A stretch of DNA of 60,000 nucleotides from Botryllus schlosseri (taxonomy: Eukaryota): assembly GCA_051294905.1 (NCBI GenBank), contig CM119371.1, positions 31,498,001-31,558,000 of the forward strand, read 5' to 3'. How positions within the stretch are numbered: the stretch's first letter is position 1; each line of letters begins with the position of its first letter. A program made the translations under genes and the position numbers. Under the pieces are notes generated by a model. It saw nothing but the letters and a program-made list of their open reading frames with translations, was not told the origin of the DNA and did not search any database. Below, piece by piece: positions 49,334-60,000 of this stretch.

Positions 49334-52300
49334 CTGTACGAAATAGAAAAGATGTGTGCATTAGTAATTTATTGATTGTTTTATTGACTAAATCCTAGAG
49401 CTGAAATATCGGTGAACTGAAAACGTGTGAATTCCTGATTTACAAAGTGGATATTGACACGATTTTAACGGGGAAGCATCTCCATTGTGGTGGGTGGAAT
49501 ATGCAGGATGTCGAATGGAGGAAAGTTTCGGATTATCATGTACATTTTTATCAACCAATGGACGAGATTATAATGAATATGCAGAATCGCTACATCGATA
49601 AAAGTCGTTTTCGTTCAGCAAAATGCATATGAGGAGCAAAGGCGTCTCCTGTTTAGAATATAGCGTTCATAAAGATTTGAATAATAGGAAAAAGTATATT
49701 CTCATCAGAACATACCGCATGAACTCTTGTCCAGTTAAAATGTTTTGAGCCATTCGAAAGACATTTCAGGAATCTACGTAAGCATTGTAAAAGTGTAAAA
49801 AGTACGAAGCTAACATTTTTTATAGTCACAGTCCGGTAATATGTCTTACTGGACTATTTGTATATTCTGAAGTGAAATCAACAAGCTATTTTGGCACGGG
49901 TACCGCCCATCACGCTTTTATACTTATAGCATATGCTAAACGTGCTCTACTCACCATTGAAACTCAAGAAACCGATGATACAAATCGGTATCCAGCAAAG
50001 GAAATCAGATATCACTATTCTTGTCAGCTTGCGTTGTAGTCTCCTGCTTTCCTTATTATTCTTATTTTCGCTGGAGTTCGCCTCAATCGCGGTGGAAGTG
50101 ACCATGGCGTGTCTGCAAAAATAGGGTTGCATATGATAAAGTCGACCCCGAACTACAAACGGGATAAGTATTCGACCACGTTCAGCGTAAGCTACTTAAT
50201 TATTCCCGTCAACTTGGAACGACAATGCTTTACCTGAACAATAGAACGTAGCAAACGAGCATGTACAGAAAAGCTACGAAATTCAGCAGCAGCAGAAAGA
50301 ATGAATATCCCCAAGCCCTGTCCACGGATGGATCGGGGAAAAAAGTCGGCAGACAAACACCGTGACTCGAATAGTAGCCGAATTCGTACGCCACTGTCAT
50401 GTTCGGGTTTACGTCAAGAATCATATTCTTTAATCGATCCCACTCGGTAGATCTGAAAATTAATTTGAAGAACTTATTAAAGGGTTAACTATAATATTAG
50501 CTCATGCTGCTATACGTACTCATCTTGAGGCTGGGTGGTAGTTTCGATTAGGCTGAGCCACTTATCCATATACTGAATATCATGATACTTTAAAACCTTG
50601 AACATTCGGTTTTCGTTGAACCTTTAATATGAGAATATATGAGCATAAAAGTTGAGAAACAATTGGTGTGCGGGTAGCGCACCCTTTAGTTATGCGATCG
50701 CAAACACGTCATTAAATTACGGTAACATGTCTTTAACCCCCGATCAACTACAAAGTTTTGTAGGCGAATTATGTAGCAATTATTAATACCAACGTCATCT
50801 TGAAAATGTTGGAATTTCTTTATCTGTTGAATTATGGCATATGTCATTTTCAGTCAGGTCAAGGTGTTATTTGCAGCTGTAAAAATAGATGTAAATAGTT
50901 TCCGATGTGAACTATGTGATAACTCACAACATTCCCATTTTTGACCTCAAAATCAATTACAGTAATCCTACCGTGATCATAAAGTACGAAATACAAAATT
51001 TGAAATGTTGCAGCCACAGAATATTACAATGCGTCACAAGTATATACAAGCGTGTTCAGTCGCGCAAATATGAGTGAATACTTACGTAATGCTGCTCACA
51101 AAGTAATCTTCAATATGTGGAATAAGGGGGATTATGCCAAGCAATATCGATACAAACCATGAAATCGAAACTGCCATGGTTGCGACCACAAGGCCTGGCC
51201 GAGAAAACGGTCTGAAAACAATGATAATCATCTGAAAATCGTGGATATATTAATACATGATCTTCCAAATTATTGGCATTTGAACGATATATTCACAACT
51301 CACAACTATGAAACATCATAAAAGTGACAAACATTACAAGGTCTACCCGCAATCAAGAATGCTGCTGAATAGATGTTTACTGCCATTTTCATAGTTATTT
51401 TCTTCGATTTTCTCACAGTATGCATACTAAGGCTGCAGCACAGATGCGTTGATTCATGAGTCGCATTATGATGCATGGTATCCTACAATGGTGTGGACAC
51501 AACGAAAGTGCATTGCCTTTCTGCCGATTGAGCACTCTCTCTCACTCTTGTCGTTGTTGTTCACTTGCTCCTGAGCTGCGGAATCGTTTCTCCAGAAAGT
51601 TTCACGACGCCACAATGCCAAACTTTGTCTGAATGCTGAACTCAAGGCCACGAGTACAAAAATATTTATATCACTGTAATCAGTACCATGGTGGTTTTGA
51701 TTGACATCATTTGTGCCAAATTTTGTGCTCGTCACGGCCGTTAATTGACTTCGGAATAAATAGAGATAATGTCGTAACCAAATCGCTGAGCAAATCGCAA
51801 TTTTTGTGGAAACACCATTTCCGTGAGTTACTGACGGAAAAGCCGAGCTGTACCCTTGGCATTATTTGACTTGTGACGAACAACAGGGTCAATATCTCAA
51901 ACATCGACATCCTTATTACAGTTATGATACCATAACAGATGGTACTCGACAAATCATCTCGATTCGAAATGAAATATTCTACTTGTGATCGAATCGACCA
52001 GACACGCCAATTTAGACGGCAAGAAATACAACCCTGCGTTACACTTATCCCTGTTCGAGAGTTGCCTAAATATTTCAGCATAGAGGAAGCAACACAAACC
52101 TCATAACAGAGTATAGTCTGTGGCTTGCAATGATTACCATTGTGAAGACGGATTGCTCGGACCCAATAAGCATGATCGCACCCAATGCTGAACAAGTGCT
52201 ACTACTTCTCCATTCACGATCGACTTGACAATAGTCGCTGTCAGTTTGCGAAGCCTTTATGGATATCGAAAATGCATAAATCTATAAAAAGTCATACTTA

Positions 52301-54382
52301 TTGTAGATTTCTGATAGCAAATGGCACTTAAATCCTATACTCACCCCCACCAGTAAATCAGAGAATGATAGACTTAATATCAATCTGCTAATGAGCTTGG
52401 TTCGTCTCGAAGTGCTTGCCACGTTATCGGACATCATTGGTTTGATCACCGCTTGCATGGTAGTCACTATCACGGCCGTACACCCGATCACCGCCCCTAA
52501 GCCTGAGAAAAATAAACAGCACTCATGATAATTGTGGTTAGCTATTCTACGTTCGGATTTTGCGTTCGTTGTCGCTTAATTAATTGCCACAGTAATATGG
52601 ACAGCATAAACTTTAAAAGTCGTAATTTTGTTCACAGTTTCAACACCAAAGTGGTTTGATCCTAGCGATACATTACTACTTCCTAAAATAAAAAATATCG
52701 TTCCATTCGGCGAGTCATTGATCATCAATTTTATTGTATCAGCACAACTAGCTTCTCTGATAATGTCACAATAATTGCAAATTCGCTAGAGTAACATCTT
52801 GTCGACCGGCTTACTTATTATCCAACTTAGCGCAAGAATCGCTTTACTGGTTATCATCGACTTTTCGTCGGAAAAAGCACTTTCAATGCATCCTGGCTGA
52901 CATTCATCTATTCCGGACTTGCAATCTTTAATTCCGTCGCACACCTGTAGATGATTGTCGAAATTTGAATCGCGTTGATGTTGACTTCACGTCAGCAGCC
53001 GCAGATAGAACATGCATGTAGTGTATATCAATTAATATCTTGCGATTCCGTAAAGTTTGTTGATCCCACCATCGACATTACTTAAACAAATATTTGCCGC
53101 AGCACTGGCTGAATCGAATTGTACATATCTGTTATTTGTAATTTTTCAAATCGACGAAGGTATCAGTTCATTTTAATGTTTTCTTTCTGTTATTAACCCG
53201 TTTACTTGATCAGTGTTTTCCATTTTCTTAGTATGATGGTGTATAGCGATTTATTTTAACCGAACATCTATGAAAGACTCATGCGTCATATAGTTAATAT
53301 GTTATGTCGGGTCTCACAATCATTCACTAATCAAGCGTCACCTGCTTGACGCATGACCTTTGTTTCTTGCTTCTATATACAATGCCATTAATCCTTGAAC
53401 CACCAGCAGAAGCCTGCATCTACGACCTACGTCATGTGTCATCATGTGCTGATTTACTGCCAAAATTTACCGCACAAATTTTGATTCGACTCAATAACCG
53501 TTTTTACTACGCCTCACGATAAAAGTTGAGTTGGATGCAGGGTTGCAATGACTCGAGTCACGATTTTCTGATGACTCGATTTGACTCGAGTCATTTTCTC
53601 AAAATACGGAAATGACTCGACTCGAGTCAATCTGTGTATTGACTCAACTTGGACTCGAGTCATTGCGCATGACTCGAGCCGAGTCATATGACTAAAGACT
53701 CAGACGGCCAAGACCGACATTTCATTGTAATTTCGAAGAATAGTAAAATAACCACCCTATTGTGATTTCGTCTATTGGTACTGGTACTTGAAAATGCGAC
53801 CGGAAACTGTTAAAAGTGAGGAAAATCAGTATATAATAAATGCGAGCCATTCGATATCACCAAACAGAGTTACAAAGGTGGCTTTAACAAGACTTCAACT
53901 GGAAACCGAGCAGTCAACACAATGACTTGGACTCGGACTCGAGTCATAATACCATGACTCGGACTCGAACCTCTGCTCGATGACTTGGACTCGGACTAGA
54001 CTCGGTGGTGAATTGGAAATGACTCGACTTGACTCGAGTCAAAACTATAAAAGTGAGATTGACTTGTGACTCGGAGCCTTGTGACTTGGTTTCAACCCTG
54101 GTTGGATGTATGCAAAATCGTGAAGGAACTATATAGGGCTTTCGGCGAATAAAGAGTGAAATGAAGTTTGAACTTCCTGAATTGCTCTTAACTCGTGTTA
54201 AGGGATCTGTGGAAATTAATTATATATCTTTTAAAACCTGATTGAATTTTCGCCCACGAATTTCAATAGATTTTACACTAAACATTAAGCCTTACGTTAT
54301 CTCGTGAAATATATTGCAGATTTCCGTCATCTTTACAGCTGAAATGGGGACATCCTTCCTCGTCCGAAGCATTATCGCAATC
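49146..54382 (-). CDS. Gene A (3' part, 9 exons, 449 aa): LDLa-repeat class A GPCR without LRRs, relaxin-receptor/GRL101-related (ascidian LDLRR-GPCR type)
   Basis: Exons total 1350 nt in one frame to TGA; TM motifs LSFSDLLVG, WRSSSTC, YYSSHGVCLP, SDFLCWIP, PINSGLNPLLY. Confidence 0.92.
49955..50112 (-). CDS. Gene A exon: ICL3 and TM6
   Basis: LQRKLTRIVISDFLCWIPICIIGFLSFN; 158 nt, phase 2-1. Confidence 0.92.
50234..50452 (-). CDS. Gene A exon: ECL2 end and TM5
   Basis: FGYYSSHGVCLP...YSFFLLLLNFVAFLYMLVCY; 219 nt, phase 2-2. Confidence 0.92.
50520..50621 (-). CDS. Gene A exon: long ECL2 insert (FNENRMFKVLKYHDIQYMDKWLSLIETTTQPQD)
   Basis: 102 nt, phase 2-2, open, AG/GTACGT. Confidence 0.7.
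51086..51211 (-). CDS. Gene A exon: TM4
   Basis: PFSRPGLVVATMAVSISWFVSILLGIIPLIPHIEDYFV; 126 nt, phase 2-2. Confidence 0.9.
52100..52281 (-). CDS. Gene A exon: TM2 end, ECL1, TM3
   Basis: IYAFSISIK...YCQVDREWRSSSTCSALG...SEQSVFTMVIIASHRLYSVMR; 182 nt, phase 0-2. Confidence 0.92.
52345..52502 (-). CDS. Gene A exon: TM1 end, ICL1, TM2 start
   Basis: LGAVIGCTAVIVTT...LILSLSFSDLLVG; 158 nt, phase 1-0. Confidence 0.9.
52815..52944 (-). CDS. Gene A exon: last LDLa, hinge, TM1 start
   Basis: VCDGIKDCKSGIDECQPGCIESAFSDEKSMITSKAILALSWII; 130 nt, phase 0-1. Confidence 0.92.
53538..54100. mobile_element. hAT MITE with GACTCGAGTC subterminal arrays
   Basis: TIR CAGGGTTG / CAACCCTG; perfect TSD gttggatg. 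Confidence 0.9.
54296..54382 (-). CDS. Gene A exon: LDLa (DCDNASDEEGCPHFSCKDDGNLQYISRDN)
   Basis: 87 nt, phase 0-0, TTTAG/GTAAG. Confidence 0.88.
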
Positions 54383-55481
54383 CTAAAAAGGTTGGCAGAA
54401 TTATTTGCCGGGTACTATAGATTCTGGACGATAATCATTCTGTTCTTCGCCTACAGCAGAGGTCGGGAACCTTTTTCGTCGATTAAAACCATAATAATCC
54501 AATATTTCCAATTGTAATTTTGAAGGAGCCATACTATGCCAATTAAGTGTTGTGCTACAATTGAAGATTCGCGACGTCGGATGGCACAAAATCGAACTTC
54601 ACAACATGGGGGTTGTCATGTGCCATATCATATGTGTACAAACTAATATGATGTTATATCACCTACACTATTCAAGCCGTTTGAGTGATATTTGAGCGTG
54701 CAACACTAGGTAAAACGACCGTAGACCACTTAAAGGGGCACTGCACTCAAAAAATGATGTGGTCTCAAATTGAAGGGCAGATCGAAAAAAAAATTTTGGC
54801 CGCAGCCGTTTTCTTCAGAACGCCACCGTAATGGAGCTGCAATTTATTGAAATTTCCAGAGTTGCACCCGGCTGCAGCAGTCACGGCTCCGGGTAATTTC
54901 CTAACCCGTTACATGGCACAATGACTTCATCGCCGCACTTGCTCGACGCGATTACGCAGACGAACTTTAGATAGTTTTCTGTCGATGTTATGAAGGACTC
55001 ATGTCTTGCACACCAAGGCGGCGCTCAACGTACGGTTTTAGGTCAGGAGGATTTGTGTCTGGAGCTTGTCATGACTCTATAGTATTTGCCGGTTGAATGA
55101 TACTGAGATGCCGTTACAGTTGTACATTGATGCAGATACAGCTGTCATTTTCAAGATGTATTAATGACTGCACAGTGCACAACCTTTTGGAGTAGTGGTC
55201 TTGCGGAAGAGACAGACACAGGATATTTTTCATCATTTACCCATGGCATAGCAACCATCTTGATACGGTCTAGTTTACTTGTTCAAGACACAGATGTATA
55301 GATAATCAACACGAAAATAACATTATTTCATTCTCATCAAAGTTCCAATATTGTTGTGGAAATTTTTATCGTATCATTGTTGTTCTCAGTTTCACAAACG
55401 AATCTTCTGTCTCTATCAGTTCATTCATGCAATTCCTTTGACACGTAGTTAACATAAAATTGGTTAAAAATTATTAATGGT

Positions 55482-56428
55482 ATGGATGAAGATTTTGTTG
55501 ATGAATTAACTTCTGATGAAGATACGGATGTGGAAGATTTCGATGATAACACGATATTTGGTGAGAGCCTGCCGTATCAATTCGAGCCACAATATTCAGA
55601 GGAGGAATTCGCCCGTCTTGTTGCAACTATAGAAGCACAAACTCATGTCTCTGTAAGTATTGTACCTGTGTTTCTTGAATGCAATTTATCAATCTCATTG
55701 TATTGGTCAAAGGAATCGTCAGAAAACCAGAGTCAACTTCGGACACTTGACAACAATGAATGGTGCAGTTGCTTGAACTGTGCATCCATGACAAACCAGA
55801 ACGAGCGCGTCTGCTGCAGGGAAATACAACAAATAATGGAGCTTCTGGGGAATGGAGGGTCGACTTGCATAACAGAACATGACGATTTTCTCCTACATAG
55901 CCTATACATCCCTCCATTCTTGAAACGTTTTTCAAAGTGAACAGAAAAAATTGGAATAATAACAATCAACCACATGGTCCTGGCAGAAGGTTTTCTAACA
56001 AGTGGGTCCTAGAATATTTTGTGTTGTTTATTATTGGACCTATATGTATGCGACAGGGTCTTGGGACTTGTCACGGTTCCTGGATATAAACGGCAATTTC
56101 CTGCATTCTTTACATTTTCTCGCATGCTTTTATATAAATGCCTACACTTTATAAATTGGGAGCATTATACTCTCCGTCATATATATGCTGCTATTACTTA
56201 TCAGCACTTTTTTTATTGCTGCAATATACTTTGATATTTTCCAATTGCAGACAATATCGCTTGGTGTCTTCCCGACACACACTGGAATGGATTATTGATG
56301 GTGACGTTTTGGGTAGCAAAAACAGGATGCCCTTGCCAGCCTGCATCGTGACTGCTATAAGGAAAAAGTACCCTAGTAATGATGGACTGTATGTCGGTTT
56401 CAAATGGCCGATAGAAAACGAACTGTGA
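55482..56428 (+). pseudogene. KolX-like accessory gene (P2X7 C-terminal ballast-like Cys-rich domain), spliced, probably disrupted
   Basis: Acidic N-terminus, PYQFEP, WCSCLNCASM...ERVCCREI...CITEHDDF; last exon YRL...W...LGSKNRMPLPACIVTAIRKKYP...YVGF. Confidence 0.8.
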
Positions 56429-56513
56429 TTGATAATACTGCGGCTATGCTATATAAGTCGAAATCAGTTCTGTTACTGTATTACTAGACAGTGAACTGGA
56501 ACTGTTTACATTG

Positions 56514-57477
56514 GCATTCACAGGCCAATACCTTCGCTGGAATTCATTTAGTCCTCGACGCAGAAAAATTAACCTCATAGGCACACTCGTGCATAGAGCG
56601 TTGATGATATGTTCGGGTAACAAACTGAGTTTAGAACTTGACTACATCCGAAAAATCTTACTTGATAACGGTTACCCTGAACACGTCATCAGCCGCGGCA
56701 TGGAGAGGAAATTAACGCAATTCAACGCAGAAAAACGAACAGAGCCCACCGCACGAACAATAAAAGATGATAATATCCATCTACCTTGGATTGGCCCCAT
56801 TTCCACCCGCTTTGAAAAACAATTGATTTCTGCTGTCAGTAAATGTTACGACACAGTCAAAACCAATGTGATTTTCACAACAACACAACTGCTCCCTTCA
56901 ACACGTAAAGACGTGCTTCCTGCACTTCAACAAAGTAATGTAGTGTACGAATATAGGTGCCACTGTGATTGTGGCTACGTGGGAAGAACGTCAAGACGTC
57001 TGCAGGACCGCATAAACCAACATGTCCCCAGATTTATCAGAACACGTGCGTCACGCGATGTGAAAAGCTCACCCTTAACTCATCCACTTAAGATTGATGC
57101 TGATCGATCAAAGGCCATTAATTCTGCCATCGGCAAACATCTGTTGGATAATCCGATTTGTGCGAATAATTATCGAGACGACCGATTTCGAGTCGTAGCG
57201 CGAGGCCGTTCACAATTCCATTTGTGTGCCTTGGAATCAACTTTTATCAAAATACACCAATCAAAACTCTGTCAACAAAAGGAGTTCGTGTACCACCTAA
57301 AAATAGTACATTGAACGCTCTCTCAATCGAAATTTCATGCTGGTGACGTCATATTTTGTGATACGATTGTTGATATACGATGTTCTTTCCAATTCTCTAC
57401 TAGTTGCTGACGATTACCCCTGACGAGTGTCAGCCGCAAATATTCGGGTTCATTTCAATATGAATATACTATTTAAT
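56514..57477 (+). mobile_element. 5'-truncated Penelope-like retroelement (RT thumb/linker plus GIY-YIG endonuclease, ORF to 57314)
   Basis: GQYLRWNSFSP, LLDNGYP, VVYEYRCHCDCGYVGRTSRRL..R..QH, SAIGKH, ALESTFI; flanked by direct repeat tgtttacattg. Confidence 0.9.
57406..57449 (+). ncRNA. Hammerhead ribozyme motif in Penelope 3' repeat, core mutated (GAAA to GCAA)
   Basis: ACCC-CTGACGA-GTGTCAGCC-GCAA-ATATT-C-GGGT; perfect 4-bp stem I. Confidence 0.55.
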
Positions 57478-57718
57478 TGTTTACATTGTATATTCCACGA
57501 ATGGCTGCTGTGCCTGATACATCACTACTTTGCTTGCTCGTTATTTATTAAAATAAATAATAAAAAAGAAACATCCGAGGACTATATAGCCGACTATATA
57601 GCCAGGGTATTACAACGGGGCAGTCAGGCAGTGTGGAAGAATGAAATTGAGCTAGTAAGCTACGCAGCACTGCACCACATGCCATTCAACTCGAAGATAG
57701 GGATGTATTGTAAGTAAG

Positions 57719-58341
57719 TCACGTTCTAGAACGACGTTTTGAAAGTAATTCCTCTTTAGAGGGGGCTGGTTCTGGTGCAATGCTGACTGGATGCACACTT
57801 CTTGAAATGTTACTGGGAAAGTTGATGCCAGTGCGATTCTCAGTAGTTCGCCTCAAAAGCTCTCTCGCATAGTGGTTTGTCTTCATTTCATACATGTTCT
57901 TCAAGATCCACTCTTTTGCTGACCGAGAGTAACTTTTTTGTATCGTGGAGCACATGCTCAAAACTATAGTCAATTTGTGATCTGTTACGTTCTTGGTTTT
58001 ATAGAACTTCATTGTAAGATCCAACGAAGGTACAGCTTCTGTCAATAAATACAAAGGAACATTTTATAAATATACACAAGAGTTTGCTAGAGATGATTGC
58101 CACCAACCCTTTTTAAGTCGTCGACGCTTGCTAGTTCCTTTACGATGACGAATAAAATCGCTTTTCTTGAAATGCTTACTGCATACAAAAATATTTTCTG
58201 CTGTATCTTGGTCGACGAGATTCCTATGGCACTAAACCACTGTCGTCTTTGTGCAATTTCAGAAGGAATTTTATGAAGAGTATGCGATTCGTCATTCCTT
58301 TTGACATCACACGATGTAACGGCACAACTTCTCCATGTCAT
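57719..58341 (-). pseudogene. Internally deleted, frameshifted Kolobok transposase: THAP domain fused to extreme C-terminus
   Basis: CAVTSC...LHKIP...W..AI, then shifted frame FVCSKHF, AVPSL, then YSRSAKEWILK..YEMKT..Y..EL...IAP..PSKEELL..RSR. Confidence 0.75.
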
Positions 58342-60000
58342 TGCAGCTTGCTATAATGTCAATGTATATTCTATATACTATTACGAAGACTCTGAATAGA
58401 GCAAGACAATACCGTTGACAAGTGCTTCTCAACCTTTTTGGGCTCCATTCAAAAACAATTTAATTCGCACAAGCCAGCTGGAATTTATTACACAAAAAGA
58501 AAATGAAAAGTTTATCACTTTTTGTATTTGTAGACCTTCCTGTAGGTACAGAGCGTCATTATTTCACATTTAGTGTATCGTATTGCTGATTAATCCGATA
58601 CCAAATCACTGCAGTAGAAAAATCACAGATATCGCACTTCCGCTGTTCTCAAGGTCTTCGTTGCTTTTTCTGCGGGTATCGTGCACTTACTTCTTTCGAA
58701 GCTTAAAGGGCGAACCCATGAACAATATTCACTCGCAACAATATCACTTTTCCACTAAATCGACGTATTATGTCAACGCTATATGAATGTGTGCCGAAAT
58801 TCCAATACTTTGCATTCAAATCAACACTGGCATCGCACACTATTTCCTACAAAGTAGGGTTATCATATTTTGGATTCGGGAAAGGAGGACGTTCGCACAA
58901 GTACGAACCGTCACACAGGCAGCGTTGCCAACTTCGGCTGGACAAAAGTCACTAAAACTGGTGTCGAAAATCGCTAGATGTCGCTAAATCTTGAAACAAA
59001 ATCACTAGAAAAAGTCGCTAAATCTTATTCTAATTCCTGCAGTTGTTGAATTTAACCAGGCGATTCATATCTTCCATACATTTTTGTTAGCAATATGGTA
59101 ATCCTCTGTTTCAAACGCCATTTATCGTATTTCTAGTTAATAATACGCAAGAGTCATGTCAGTCAACTCAAAGCGGGACAAAATGTGCGGTACATTTCAA
59201 CAAACCATAACGTTCTGCGTGATCACTGACCAGGTTTGCAGTCATCACTCACTATATAGGCGTTACACAAACTGCCACTGAAGGGAATTTGAAGTGAAAA
59301 GCATCGTAGATATACAGGTGCCTTGCTCGATGCGTCCGTGAATACGTGAAATACGATCAATGATATATAATATACATTGATGCAATATAGGCCTACTGAT
59401 AATTGCGGAAACGTGCTTGCCTTCCCTTAACTGGATGGGAGGGGAGTACTTGAACACGACATGACTCTCACCGGGTTTGGCGGTCACCATAAGTGCGACG
59501 TGCACTTTAAACACTGATACTGGCGGCTGATCATCCAATCATCTTTTTCTATTTCCCTATCATCCATCGAAAGTACGCAACATAATCTTATATTGTTTTG
59601 ATTGGTCTTACACAAATATGATATAAAACTTTGTTAGTGTGTATTCAAGCAATTTGGGGGAGGGCGATTTAAACCCGTTAGTCGGATCTCTATATTGATA
59701 CGAATAGTGTTATAGTACTGATTAGGACTGGGCACAATGATTCTAATACTCGAATCTGAATCGAGTATAAATTTTAATGATTCGAGTCGAGTGGTAAAAG
59801 ACATTTTTTCGAGTACTGAAATTATGCGCTCATCGCCACTGAAAGTTAATTTAACGGGAATTGTAGTTTCGATACTTATTTTCCACTGTGGGGGCCTTGA
59901 AACCTTGATTGGCCGTATCGCAGCATACGAAACATATAGTGCAAAGCTACGACTGGAAATAACACATTTCAGAAGTCTTTATCATCTCAACAACTTTGTC

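Larger units (their letters stand above)
54734..58400. mobile_element. Defective Kolobok DNA transposon in an intron of gene A (right terminus not found)
   Basis: TTAA|AGGGGCACTGCACTC terminus; convergent KolX-like gene and THAP/transposase remnants. Confidence 0.75.

Noticed and set aside
51707..52195. 162-aa minus-strand ORF
   Set aside because: Overlaps the true TM3 exon in another frame and runs into intron; no motif
55482..56428. P2X7 purinoceptor gene
   Set aside because: Only the ballast-like domain is present, with no P2X channel exons; Kolobok context explains it
59263..59538. 91-aa ORF with faint resemblance to an internal Kolobok transposase segment
   Set aside because: Key Cys/Trp residues absent and it lies upstream of the THAP start; needs a profile search

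Overview
AT-rich, intron- and transposon-rich animal genomic DNA. It is most likely an ascidian/tunicate, which I infer from the gene family only. Two head-to-tail minus-strand genes can be rebuilt by hand from GT-AG exons. Gene A (49146 to beyond 54382, 5' part not found) is a class A 7TM GPCR of the relaxin-receptor/GRL101 lineage. Its LDL-receptor class A (LDLa) repeats join TM1 directly with no LRR domain; 9 exons and 449 aa lie in-window, with stop codon and AATAAA. Gene B (44489 down to about 35, probably continuing past the window start) has a very large Cys-rich ectodomain of about 1,080 aa in-window. It is built from ten tandem two-exon modules: an invariant 91-nt exon with LDLa Cys1-Cys5, then a 131-173-nt exon with the DGSDE-type motif, a glycosylated linker and three more Cys around a hypervariable loop. 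An eleventh, ancestral-looking unit and more conventional LDLa repeats follow. Gene B is probably a second LDLa-GPCR whose 7TM lies outside the window. Introns are packed with hAT-type MITEs with 8-bp TSDs (including a four-level nest), tRNA-derived SINEs, a MITE-born minisatellite, and a defective Kolobok DNA transposon (THAP remnant plus KolX/P2X7-ballast-like gene). The Kolobok carries a 5'-truncated Penelope-like retroelement whose terminal repeat contains a minimal, possibly pseudoknotted hammerhead ribozyme motif, with a second copy at about 10.4 kb. Most listed six-frame ORFs are spurious or exon fragments.
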